Shown here: positions 47,975-57,294 of the stretch, piece by piece
Position numbering within the stretch: position 1 is the first letter of the stretch
Layout of the letters: each line of letters starts with the position of its first letter
Origin: Chloroflexota bacterium
GTDB taxonomy: Bacteria > Chloroflexota > Dehalococcoidia > GIF9 > UBA5629
NCBI GenBank assembly: GCA_037443085.1
Contig: JBBIPA010000002.1
Location: forward strand, 79,658-143,657
Length of the DNA: 64,000 nt
Reading direction: 5' to 3'
Program-made: the position numbers and the translations under genes
The notes under the pieces: generated by a model
The model's input: only the letters and a program-made list of their open reading frames with translations
The model's database searches: none
Told to the model about the DNA's origin: nothing

Positions 47975-49294
47975 ATGGATTGGAAAACGCAACATAAAGA
48001 AAAACTCACCACCGCAGAAGAAGCCATTAACATCATCAAGTCGGGAGACTATGTTGCTTTTGCCTATGGGGTCGAACCTTTCGCCCTGGGGCTGGCGGTG
48101 CTTAACAGAGGCATAGAACTGGGTGGTCTGAAGGTATTGGTGCCAGCGCCGGGAAGAGATTTCGGCTGGTATGACCCCGGTATGGAGAGTCTCTTTCAGG
48201 TAGAAGTGGCTCACGTGCTTCCCGTAATGCAGCAAACAATGGCGGAGCGAAGGTGCGACTTCGTGGTCGGCTCCTTATCCTGGTCACATGAGCCTGGTGT
48301 CCGCAGGCGACCGGACGTGCTGATAACTCAGCTTTCGCCTCCCGATGAGCATGGCTATTGCAGCATGGGCGCCTCGCTGTGGAACAAGAAGAAAGCCATC
48401 ATGGACGCTAAGGTAGTGCTGGCTGAAATCAACGAAAGCCTGGTCAGAACCTACGGAGATAACTTTATCCATATCTCCGAAATCGACTACTGCGTGGAGC
48501 ATATTCCCAGTGGTCGAGTGCCCGGTGCTACTGATATGCTGGGGCGTAAGACTACCGAGCCGGGCGAGAGAGAAAAAAATATTAAGAAGTATGTCGCTTC
48601 TTTAATCCAAGATGGCGATTGTTTGGAGATCGGCGTTGGCGGCGTTGCCGAATGGCTATTTAAGCTGGATGCCTTCGAAGGCAAGAATGACCTGGGGATT
48701 CACTCGGAGAATCTGCCGCCAGGGATTGTTGATTTGGTCCGACGGGGCATTATCACCGGCCAGAGAAAGCAAATCCATAAAGGTAAGGTAGTATCCACTG
48801 CCTGCGGTGGCAGCAGTAAAGAGGACATGGATTTCATCAATATGAACCCTACCTTTGAACTCTATAGTTCAGACTATGTCCTCGACCCCAGAGTGATCTC
48901 AACGAATGACGATGTAGTGGCAATTAACAGTGCCCTCTCCATAGACCTGACCGGCCAGATTGCTGCGGAATCCATAGGCTCCCGCATGGTCAGCAGCACC
49001 GGAGGGCAACTGGCTTTTGCCATTGGCGCTAACCTATCCAAAGGCGGGCGCAATGTCACCTTGCTCACCTCCACTGCCAGCGGAGATACTATCTCACGCG
49101 TGGTACCCTCGCTCACGCCGGGCACAATCATTACTGTCCCTCGGACTCTTGCTGACATAGTGGTTACGGAGTACGGCATAGCTTATCTCAAGGGCAGGAC
49201 GCAGCGGGAGCGAGCGGAGGCGCTCATTGCCGTTGCCCACCCCAAATTCAGGGACGGATTGAAGGAACAAGCGCAGAATCTGTTTTATCCTTAA
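47975..49294 (+). CDS. acetyl-CoA hydrolase/transferase-family CoA-transferase (4-hydroxybutyrate/succinyl-CoA:acetate type)
   Basis: 439 aa; paralog at 59927-61183 (shared ...ITAHPKFR... C-terminus). Confidence 0.8.
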   Translation: MDWKTQHKEKLTTAEEAINIIKSGDYVAFAYGVEPFALGLAVLNRGIELGGLKVLVPAPGRDFGWYDPGMESLFQVEVAHVLPVMQQTMAERRCDFVVGSLSWSHEPGVRRRPDVLITQLSPPDEHGYCSMGASLWNKKKAIMDAKVVLAEINESLVRTYGDNFIHISEIDYCVEHIPSGRVPGATDMLGRKTTEPGEREKNIKKYVASLIQDGDCLEIGVGGVAEWLFKLDAFEGKNDLGIHSENLPPGIVDLVRRGIITGQRKQIHKGKVVSTACGGSSKEDMDFINMNPTFELYSSDYVLDPRVISTNDDVVAINSALSIDLTGQIAAESIGSRMVSSTGGQLAFAIGANLSKGGRNVTLLTSTASGDTISRVVPSLTPGTIITVPRTLADIVVTEYGIAYLKGRTQRERAEALIAVAHPKFRDGLKEQAQNLFYP

Positions 49295-49323
49295 GCTAAT
49301 ATTATCAGGAGGCTATAAACTAT

Positions 49324-49500
49324 ATGAAATGTCCATTCTGCCAGGAAGAGGTCGATAATTTTATCGAAAAGACCAAAGGCAATGTCACTGAATGTCGTTG
49401 CCCTCGCTGCAGCAGCGTGACAGCAGCTTATCAGAAAGGGATGGAGGAGAAACTGAAGAATCTGGTATCACTGGAAAGGTTTGAAAGGAGTGCCAAATGA
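49324..49500 (+). CDS. small zinc-ribbon protein (58 aa, CPFC...CPRC), translationally coupled to next gene
   Basis: not in ORF track (<60 aa); ATG 49324 after AGGAGG; stop TGA overlaps ATG 49497 (ATGA). Confidence 0.5.
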   Translation: MKCPFCQEEVDNFIEKTKGNVTECRCPRCSSVTAAYQKGMEEKLKNLVSLERFERSAK

Positions 49501-50669
49501 CACGGGAAACCACCGCTCAAATCTCGGAAGGACATATCACCAGCGAAGCTCTTGAGGAGTGGGAGAAGCGCATCGGAGTGAAGCTTCGTATTGGTAACAT
49601 CTTTAATCAGTATGTCTCCAAAGAAGCAATTAGGAACTATGCCTGGGGCGTAGGAGACCCCAATCCACTATGGCTGGATGAAGAATATGCCAAGAAGACC
49701 CGGTATAAAAGGCTGGTAGCTCCGCCTAACTGGCTCTATAGTGTTTTCCCAACCTGGGTTCTCCAGGGCTTGCCCGGGGTTCATGCCTTTCATTCAGGAA
49801 ATGATTGGACATTCCTCAAGCCGGTGTTTATGGGTGATACCATTACACCGGAGGCCATTTTCACCGGCTTCGACGTCAAGGCCAGCAAATTTGCTGGCAA
49901 AATGGTCAGAGAATACCAGAGAGCAAACTTCTACAATCAGAGGGGTGAGTTAGTTGCCTATACCGACCTGTGGCTGGTCCGTGCCGAGAGGGCTGCTGCC
50001 AGAAGCACTGGCAAATATTCAACCCTGAAACTCCCCCATCCCTGGACAGAAGAAGAGCTGAAAAATGTTGACCAGGAAGTGCTCAACGAGCAAATTCGCG
50101 GCAGCAATCCCAGATACTGGGAGGACGTCAATGTGGGAGATGAATTGCCACCGGTAATCAAAGGTGTTTTTGGCTTAACAGACATGATCGCCTATACGCT
50201 GGGTGCCGCCCCGGTGCAGGTAATGGCACATAGAGTATCACTGGAGCTTTATAGCAAACATCCCGCCTGGGCACTGCGCGACCCCAATACCTATGCCTGG
50301 GAACCAGTCTATGCCGTCCACTATAACAAATCAGTGGCCAATGCCGTTGGTTTACCTTATCCCTATAATGCTGGCGCTCAAAGCCAGAGCTGGTTAATCA
50401 ACCTGCTCACCAATTGGATGGGCGATGATGGCTGGCTGAAGAAAAATTACGCTCAGTACAATCACTTTGTCTACCTCTCCGATGCCGTCTGGTTCAGGGG
50501 CAAAGTTGTCAGAAAATATATCGATGACGAGGGCGAATACTGCGTCGATATTAAAACCAGTGCCATAAACCAGAGAGGCGAGGATACAGTGCCCGGCTTT
50601 GCCACCATTGCACTGCCATCGCGCGACAAAAAGGTCTGGCCAGTGGATAGAAGGATGCCTAAGAAGTAA
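49497..50669 (+). CDS. MaoC-like double-hotdog (R)-hydratase/dehydratase
   Basis: 390 aa with two hotdog-fold halves. Confidence 0.65.
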   Translation: MTRETTAQISEGHITSEALEEWEKRIGVKLRIGNIFNQYVSKEAIRNYAWGVGDPNPLWLDEEYAKKTRYKRLVAPPNWLYSVFPTWVLQGLPGVHAFHSGNDWTFLKPVFMGDTITPEAIFTGFDVKASKFAGKMVREYQRANFYNQRGELVAYTDLWLVRAERAAARSTGKYSTLKLPHPWTEEELKNVDQEVLNEQIRGSNPRYWEDVNVGDELPPVIKGVFGLTDMIAYTLGAAPVQVMAHRVSLELYSKHPAWALRDPNTYAWEPVYAVHYNKSVANAVGLPYPYNAGAQSQSWLINLLTNWMGDDGWLKKNYAQYNHFVYLSDAVWFRGKVVRKYIDDEGEYCVDIKTSAINQRGEDTVPGFATIALPSRDKKVWPVDRRMPKK

Positions 50670-50719
50670 GAATTGCAGCAGGGCGCTAAATCATTAAATA
50701 AATTAAAGGAGGAGGCATA

Positions 50720-51733
50720 ATGACAGCAGAGCGTGTCGTCAAGGATGATTACTTCAAGTTTGACGTCGAGGCGCATTTATGGCCGGATACCAGTGATATA
50801 AAATTTTATCCTGGCTTCCAATGGGAAGAGCCGGCATTCCAGGGCGTCACCCGTATTTTAGGCATTTCCAAGGTGTGGGAAACTAAGACCAAACACGGTG
50901 ATGTGGAGTTTCCCAAGTCCAATGACCCCGAGGTACTCATTGAACGGATGAACAAGTACGGAGTGGATATGGCATGCATTGTTCCCGAATCAGGCTGGGG
51001 GAAAACCCATACGCGAGCCATTTCCACCAATGGTTACATTTTGCAGGCCTACGAGAAATTTCCTGACAGGTTCGTCTTTACTGCCAATGTCGGCCCGATA
51101 ACTGTCAGGGGCATCGACCATGCTATGTGGGAAGCCGAGTTCCTGGTTAAAGAGAAAAACTGCAAAATGATAAAAATGTATACCCCTGAGGATACCTATA
51201 TCGATGACAGGCAACTATGGCCCTTTTACCAGAAAATTTCCGACCTGGGCGTGCCAATTGCCGTTCACCTGGGCTGGTGCTGGGTGCCGCCTAACTTATC
51301 CAAATATTGCCTCACCGAACAACTGGATGAGGTAGCTACTGCTTTCCCCAAGTTGAACTTTATTGCTTACCACGCTGGTTGGCCCCGTTTTCATGAGTTG
51401 AACATGATTGCGGCTGTCCATCCCAATGTGTACATCAGCCTGAGCGTATTGCTGGCATGGTGCATCACCGCGCCGAGGAGAATAGCCGAGATTATCGGTG
51501 AAGCCATTCAGTTTGCTACTGCCGACAAGGTTATGTTTGGCACTGACTACTGCAATTCCGAGATTATGATAAAGTATGCCGTGGAAGGCTTCCGCAACTT
51601 CCAGATTCCCAAGGATATGCAGGAAGGCTATGGATTTGAACCAATTACCGAGGAGGATAGGCGTAAAATTTTTGGTCTTAACCTGGCTAAATTGATGGGC
51701 ATTGATCCCAGAAGGAGGGTACCGAAGATATAG
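50720..51733 (+). CDS. amidohydrolase-2 family metal-dependent hydrolase/decarboxylase (ACMSD/LigW/LigJ-like)
   Basis: 337 aa TIM-barrel metallo-enzyme pattern with His/Asp ligand positions. Confidence 0.7.
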   Translation: MTAERVVKDDYFKFDVEAHLWPDTSDIKFYPGFQWEEPAFQGVTRILGISKVWETKTKHGDVEFPKSNDPEVLIERMNKYGVDMACIVPESGWGKTHTRAISTNGYILQAYEKFPDRFVFTANVGPITVRGIDHAMWEAEFLVKEKNCKMIKMYTPEDTYIDDRQLWPFYQKISDLGVPIAVHLGWCWVPPNLSKYCLTEQLDEVATAFPKLNFIAYHAGWPRFHELNMIAAVHPNVYISLSVLLAWCITAPRRIAEIIGEAIQFATADKVMFGTDYCNSEIMIKYAVEGFRNFQIPKDMQEGYGFEPITEEDRRKIFGLNLAKLMGIDPRRRVPKI

Positions 51734-51780
51734 TCTTGGACAAGGTAAATTGCTATTTGTTAGTTTAGAGGAGGCAGGAA

Positions 51781-53007
51781 ATGGCTTACGAAAGTTTATT
51801 TAAACCCATAAAGATAAAGGATGTGGAAATACCGAACCGGCTGGGCATGGCCCCCATGAATATCAATTTCACCAGAGAAGGCCATATCAGTGAACAGCAC
51901 ATGGCTTATTTCGGTGCCAGAGCCAAAGGTGGAACAGGTCTGATCATGACCGAGGCGGTCAGAACCAGTGAAGAGGGTACCAACCGGACATTTTATGATA
52001 ATCCCCATATGTGGAAACCAGCACATCAGAAAGGCTTGGCGGAGCTATGTGAAACGGTGCATTATTTTGGTGCCAAAATATTTGCCCAGATGAATATTGG
52101 CCCAGGACCCCAGGGCTCTTCCAAGAAGATGGGCTTGCAGCCCAGGGCAGCATCTGCCAGGCCATTCAACGTAGCTAAGGAAATGGTGCCCAAACAAATG
52201 CTGCCATGGATAGAACGCGGCCAGGTATATATTAGTTTCCAGGGCGAAATGCCGCGTGAGATGACCAAAGATGAAATTAAAAAGGAAACTGAACAGTTTG
52301 CCAAATCAGCCAGCATGGCATTTGTAGCCGGGGTTGACGGCGTCGAGATTCATGCCGCACATGGCTATCTCCTTCATAGCTTTCTGTCACCCCTGTTTAA
52401 CCTCCGTAAAGATGAGTACGGCGGCAGCCTGGAAAACCGTATGAGATTCTTGATGGAGGTGGTCAAAGCAGCCAGAGAGCTATGTGGCTCCAAGGCAATT
52501 ATCGGCGTCCGCGCTAGCTCAGATGAACATATGCCTGGAGGCACTACACTGGAGGACATGAAATTTGTAGTCAAGGAGCTGGAGAAAGCCGGTATGGACT
52601 TTTTCCATCTCTCCGGCGGTTCTTATGAAGCCATGAAATACCTCTTCCCCGATGAAGACGGTACTATGATGGCAGACGGCAAAGCGCTCAAGCAGACAGT
52701 GAAAATCCCTATCATTATCTCCAGCATTCATGACCCCGATATGGTAGATAAGGCGGTAAGAGAGGGGTATTGTGACATAATGGCTCATGGTCGCCCGCTT
52801 ATTGCTGACCCGGAATGGGCGAATAAGGTAAAAGAAGGTAGAGTGAAGGATATTAATAAGTGCACTAGAGACCTCATGTGCCTGGTCAGACTGTTCCAGG
52901 GGTTGCCTGGCAGGTGCACGGTAAATCCCAACTTTGGCAGAGAAAAATACATGCCTGAGTACTGGCGTGGTCCCACCAAGCCAATGCACTGGCGGCGTGT
53001 CGCTTAA
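51781..53007 (+). CDS. Old Yellow Enzyme-family NAD(P)H:flavin ene-reductase
   Basis: 408 aa; OYE TIM barrel (HAAHGYLLHSFLSPLFNLRKDEYGGSLENRMRF). Confidence 0.85.
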   Translation: MAYESLFKPIKIKDVEIPNRLGMAPMNINFTREGHISEQHMAYFGARAKGGTGLIMTEAVRTSEEGTNRTFYDNPHMWKPAHQKGLAELCETVHYFGAKIFAQMNIGPGPQGSSKKMGLQPRAASARPFNVAKEMVPKQMLPWIERGQVYISFQGEMPREMTKDEIKKETEQFAKSASMAFVAGVDGVEIHAAHGYLLHSFLSPLFNLRKDEYGGSLENRMRFLMEVVKAARELCGSKAIIGVRASSDEHMPGGTTLEDMKFVVKELEKAGMDFFHLSGGSYEAMKYLFPDEDGTMMADGKALKQTVKIPIIISSIHDPDMVDKAVREGYCDIMAHGRPLIADPEWANKVKEGRVKDINKCTRDLMCLVRLFQGLPGRCTVNPNFGREKYMPEYWRGPTKPMHWRRVA

Positions 53008-53026
53008 ACGGAAAACAAAAGCTATA

Positions 53027-53063
53027 ATGATAAACGGGCAATTTGCCCGTTTATCATTATAAG
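53027..53063. repeat. perfect 37-bp palindrome ATAATGATAAACGGGCAA-T-TTGCCCGTTTATCATTAT between OYE and mutase genes (terminator/attenuator or operator)
   Basis: 18-bp arms exact reverse complements around a single T. Confidence 0.55.
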
Positions 53064-53101
53064 ACTATGATTGGGAACCAGTTCTAAAGGCTGCAAGCGG
53101 T

Positions 53102-54775
53102 ATGAAAGACAATTTGCGAAAGCTCAAGGAAGCATGGGAGAGGGGACCTGCAGAGGAAGCTAAGAAGCAGCAGAAGGAACGCCAGGATAGATTCCAAACC
53201 GACTCCGGTAATGAAGTTAAAGCTCTTTATACTCCCCTTGACCTGGAAGAGAACGGTTTTGATTATGTAGACGCCCTCGGTTTTCCCGGCAGATTCCCTT
53301 TCACCAGAGGTCGTGATACTCTCGGCTACCGGCAGAAATTCTGGCAGTTCGGTCAATACGCAGCCTACGGAAATGCTGAGGAGACCAATAAAAGATATCG
53401 TTTTCTTTTGGAACATGGTGGCACCAATATTAGTGTAGCGCTGGACATGCCCACCCAGATGGGCTATGATTCCGACAACCCCTTAGCTGAAGGCGAGGTG
53501 GGCAAAGTGGGAGTTTCCGTTGATTCCCTGGAAGATATGGAAACTCTGTTCCAGGGTATTCCCCTCAACAAGCTGAGCCAGATAAGCACCACTGCTAACT
53601 CTATTGCTCCTATCTGGATAGCCATGATTCTGGTGCTCGCTGAAAAACAGGGGGTATCTCCCAAAAGCTTTGTTATCAGACTTCAGAACGATATTTTGAA
53701 GGAATATGTTGCCAGGGGCACCTATATCTTTCCTCCCCAGCCATCGGTTAATATGGCTACCGACGTTATCGCTTATTGCGTAAAAAACCATCCGCACTGG
53801 TTTCCTATGAGTGTTTCCGGCTACCATATTCGGGAAGCTGGCGCCAGCGCCGCACAGGAGATCGCCTTTACCATCGCCAATGCTATTGCCTACAGCGATG
53901 ATTGTGTGGCAAAAAGGATAAAAGCAGAGGACTATCTTTCTAAGCTGGCGGTGTTTTTCAACTGCGGCATGGATTTCTTCGAGGAAATTGCCAAGTTCCG
54001 AGCCATGCGCCGCCTCTGGGCACGAACGCTCAACAAGCGATACAGCATCTCCGACCCCAATGTACTAAACTATTTTATGAGCTGCATGACCGCTGGCAGC
54101 AGTCTGACTGCCCAGCAGCCGATGAATAACACCGTCCGCGTCGCTATTGAATCGCTGGCAGCCGTTTTAGGTGGGGTTCAGGTGCTGTATCCCTGCTCAA
54201 TGGATGAAGCCTATTGTACCCCTACTGAAAAGGCAGTGAAGGTGGCACTGAGAACCCAGCAGATTATCGCCCATGAGTCCGGGGTAACCAGAACAATCGA
54301 CCCGATGGCAGGCTCATATTTCGTAGAGCACCTCACTTCGGAACTGGAAAGGAAGGCTCAGGAATATCTGGACAGGATAGAGAAAATGGGTGGGGCGGTT
54401 CGAGCTGTGGAACTCGGCTATTATCAGGATGAAATTGCCAAGTCCTCTTACCGGATCAAGCAGGATATCGAGAAAAATGAACGCATCATCGTCGGAGTGA
54501 ATCAATACATAGATGAGGAAGAGTTGCCCATAGAGATTTTGAAGGTCGACCCTGCTCTGGAAGAGAAGCAGAAACAAAAGTTGAAAAAGCTACGAAGTTC
54601 TCGAGATAATACAGGCGTCAAGAATGCTCTTAAAAAAGTGAAGCAGGCTGCCGAAAACAATGAGACACTGATTCCTTCGATTATCGATGCAGTAAGAGTT
54701 TATGCTACACTTGGTGAGATGTGTGACATCCTCAGAGGCGTATATGGCGAATATACCGCCCGTAGCGGTTTCTAA
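53102..54775 (+). CDS. methylmalonyl-CoA mutase-type acyl-CoA mutase, large catalytic subunit (split form)
   Basis: 557 aa; FPFTRG motif; Tyr (GQYAAYG) and Arg (VARGTYIFPP) at positions aligning with MCM Tyr89/Arg207. Confidence 0.85.
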   Translation: MKDNLRKLKEAWERGPAEEAKKQQKERQDRFQTDSGNEVKALYTPLDLEENGFDYVDALGFPGRFPFTRGRDTLGYRQKFWQFGQYAAYGNAEETNKRYRFLLEHGGTNISVALDMPTQMGYDSDNPLAEGEVGKVGVSVDSLEDMETLFQGIPLNKLSQISTTANSIAPIWIAMILVLAEKQGVSPKSFVIRLQNDILKEYVARGTYIFPPQPSVNMATDVIAYCVKNHPHWFPMSVSGYHIREAGASAAQEIAFTIANAIAYSDDCVAKRIKAEDYLSKLAVFFNCGMDFFEEIAKFRAMRRLWARTLNKRYSISDPNVLNYFMSCMTAGSSLTAQQPMNNTVRVAIESLAAVLGGVQVLYPCSMDEAYCTPTEKAVKVALRTQQIIAHESGVTRTIDPMAGSYFVEHLTSELERKAQEYLDRIEKMGGAVRAVELGYYQDEIAKSSYRIKQDIEKNERIIVGVNQYIDEEELPIEILKVDPALEEKQKQKLKKLRSSRDNTGVKNALKKVKQAAENNETLIPSIIDAVRVYATLGEMCDILRGVYGEYTARSGF

Positions 54776-54793
54776 CATAATTGCGGAAAGAAA

Positions 54794-55195
54794 ATGGCGA
54801 AGAAGATCAGAGTCTTGGTAGCCAAGCCGGGACTGGATGGGCATGACCGTGGTGCCAAAGTAGTGGCACGTTCGCTTGCCGATGCCGGCATGGAGGTTAT
54901 TTATACCGGCATCAGGCAGACTCCAGAGCAGATTGCCAATACGGCAATACAGGAGGATGTGGACGTTGTTGGTTTGAGCATTCTTTCTGGTGCTCATAAT
55001 ACACTATTCCCCAGAGTGGTAGACTTATTAAAGAAGAAGGGGCGAGAGGATATCGCTGTAATTGGTGGTGGCATTATTCCCCCCGATGATGCCAGAAAAC
55101 TAAAAGAGCATGGCATCGCCGAGGTCTTTGGTCCGGGAACCGACACACGGCGAATAGTAGATTTTATTAAGAAAACGGTTATCAGAGGCAGCTAG
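54794..55195 (+). CDS. acyl-CoA mutase small subunit, cobalamin-binding domain
   Basis: 133 aa; DxHxxG motif ([10 protein letters not shown]), Rossmann B12-binding fold. Confidence 0.85.
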   Translation: MAKKIRVLVAKPGLDGHDRGAKVVARSLADAGMEVIYTGIRQTPEQIANTAIQEDVDVVGLSILSGAHNTLFPRVVDLLKKKGREDIAVIGGGIIPPDDARKLKEHGIAEVFGPGTDTRRIVDFIKKTVIRGS

Positions 55196-55239
55196 AATAT
55201 AGTATTTATCCAAAATATATCAGCTAACGAAGGGAAACA

Positions 55240-55653
55240 ATGTTCCAAAAGATTGACCATATTGGCATAGCGGTCTCAGACTTGAATAAAGCGGTAGAAG
55301 AGTACCAGCAGAAGTTTAGTATAGCTACAAAATACATAGAGGAGCTGGCAGACATCTCCGTGCGAATCGCCTTTATGCCAGTGGGAGAAGTGATGCTGGA
55401 ATTGATTGAGCCGCTCACGCCGGGTGAGGGGCGCGTTGCTGAATTTCTGAAAAAGCACGGTGAGGGGCTTCATCATATAGCCTACAGGGTTGACGACCTG
55501 GAAGCCGTGTTAGCCAAAATGAAGAAAGAAGGTGTTAAGCTAATAGATGAAAAGCCCAGACCCGGTGGTGGCGATTCCTGGATTGCTTTCTTAAGTCCCC
55601 AAGAAACCAATAATGTGCTGACAGAGCTGGTGCAGAGGGAAAGAGAACTGTAA
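55240..55653 (+). CDS. methylmalonyl-CoA epimerase (VOC/glyoxalase family)
   Basis: 137 aa; IDHIGIAV...HHIAY metal-ligand pattern; directly after mutase subunits. Confidence 0.75.
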   Translation: MFQKIDHIGIAVSDLNKAVEEYQQKFSIATKYIEELADISVRIAFMPVGEVMLELIEPLTPGEGRVAEFLKKHGEGLHHIAYRVDDLEAVLAKMKKEGVKLIDEKPRPGGGDSWIAFLSPQETNNVLTELVQREREL

Positions 55654-55672
55654 AGCAGAAAGGAAAAAGCCT

Positions 55673-57259
55673 ATGAACATCCGAGAGCTGCTGGAAAGCC
55701 GTGCCAAATCGACTCCACAAAAGGTCTACCTCTATTTCCAGGACAAGAAGATAACCTATGGCGATTTCAACCAGCAGGTAAACAGGGCGGCAAATAGCTT
55801 CCTGCGCCTGGGGATTAAAAAGGGAGACAATTTCGCCATTATGGCCCCCAATTCTCCTGAATTCCTTTATGCCTGGTTTGGCTTGAACAAAATAGGCGCT
55901 GTGGAAGTGCCGGTAAATCTCAACCTGAAAGGTCCGGAACTGGCGTATATCTTCAATCATTCTGAGGCAAAGGGAGTTGTGATACACTCCAACTATATTG
56001 CTACCTTCGAGGAAATTCTGGCGCATCTTCCTGGGGTGAAACACATAATAGTGGTGGGAGGTGAAACGCCAGCGCCCAGAGGGGCAACTCTCTACAAGGA
56101 CTGGGTAGCAGGAGCATCTGGAGAACTCCAGCAGGTCACTATAGCAGACGATGACCCGGCGGTTATCATTTACACTTCAGGAACCACCGGTAATCCCAAA
56201 GGTGTTCTCCTATCTCATCGTGGTTGGGTGCTCACTGGAGAATCCTGGGCATATATGATTGGGGCTAAATCAGATGACCGCATCATGACCTCTAACCCTC
56301 TATTCCATGCCAATGCTCAATGCTACTCTACCATGGGCAGCCTGGCGGCAAATGCCAGCTTAATTCTCCTAGAGCAATTCAGCCGGTCTCGTATTCTAGA
56401 GCAGTCACGACACTACGGTTCAACAATTGTTGTCTTGGTTGGACCAGCCATGCCGATGGTCTGGAGTCGACCGGTTCAGACTGACGATGGCGATAACCCC
56501 ATAAGGACAATTATGGCTGGAGGGGTGCCTGCGGAATATTACTATGACTTTGAAAAGCGGTTTCAGGTGAAGATTCACACGGCATATACGCTAACCGAGG
56601 CAACCTATGCTATCATGTCGCCACGGGAAGGCACCCAGCCCAGAAAACCCACTCCCGGCGTGGGCTTTGCCATGGAGCATCCTGACCCTTCTATCCGTAA
56701 TGAAATCAGGATTATTGATGATAATGATGCTGATGTGACACGAGGTTCGCAGGGGCAGTTTATTGTGAAAAACCCGGCAGTGATGCTTGGTTACTTTAAG
56801 GATGCCGAAAAAACTGCCGAGGCCAAGCGTAATGGCTGGATTTATACCGGTGATATCGGCTATCAGGACGCGGACGGTTACTATTTCTTTGTGGGGCGGA
56901 GCAAGGATGTGCTCCGCAGGAGAGGAGAGCTTATCTCGCCAGCTCAAATAGAAGGAGTCATTAATACGCATCCAGAAGTGGCTGATTCTGCAGTCATCGG
57001 TGTTCCCTCGGGACTGGGCACCGCCGAGGAAGAGGTCAAAGCCTATGTGATTCTAAAACCCGGCGAATCGGTGACGCCGCAGGAAATAGTTGCCTGGTGC
57101 CAGAAGAGCCTGGCTGATTTCAAGGTGCCCCGCTACATTGAGTTTCGCACCGAGTTTCCCAGAACGCCTCTGGGGAAAATACAAAAGAATGTTTTCAAGA
57201 CCGAGAAGAAAGACCTCACTGAAGGCTGTTACGACCGCGAGAAAGACATTAAGAAGTAG
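55673..57259 (+). CDS. AMP-forming acyl-CoA synthetase/ligase
   Basis: 528 aa; IYTSGTTGNPKGV AMP-binding motif, YTGD hinge, C-terminal catalytic Lys. Confidence 0.85.
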   Translation: MNIRELLESRAKSTPQKVYLYFQDKKITYGDFNQQVNRAANSFLRLGIKKGDNFAIMAPNSPEFLYAWFGLNKIGAVEVPVNLNLKGPELAYIFNHSEAKGVVIHSNYIATFEEILAHLPGVKHIIVVGGETPAPRGATLYKDWVAGASGELQQVTIADDDPAVIIYTSGTTGNPKGVLLSHRGWVLTGESWAYMIGAKSDDRIMTSNPLFHANAQCYSTMGSLAANASLILLEQFSRSRILEQSRHYGSTIVVLVGPAMPMVWSRPVQTDDGDNPIRTIMAGGVPAEYYYDFEKRFQVKIHTAYTLTEATYAIMSPREGTQPRKPTPGVGFAMEHPDPSIRNEIRIIDDNDADVTRGSQGQFIVKNPAVMLGYFKDAEKTAEAKRNGWIYTGDIGYQDADGYYFFVGRSKDVLRRRGELISPAQIEGVINTHPEVADSAVIGVPSGLGTAEEEVKAYVILKPGESVTPQEIVAWCQKSLADFKVPRYIEFRTEFPRTPLGKIQKNVFKTEKKDLTEGCYDREKDIKK

Positions 57260-57294
57260 CTATACAATTCACTCTGGCGAATTAGGGAGATAAC

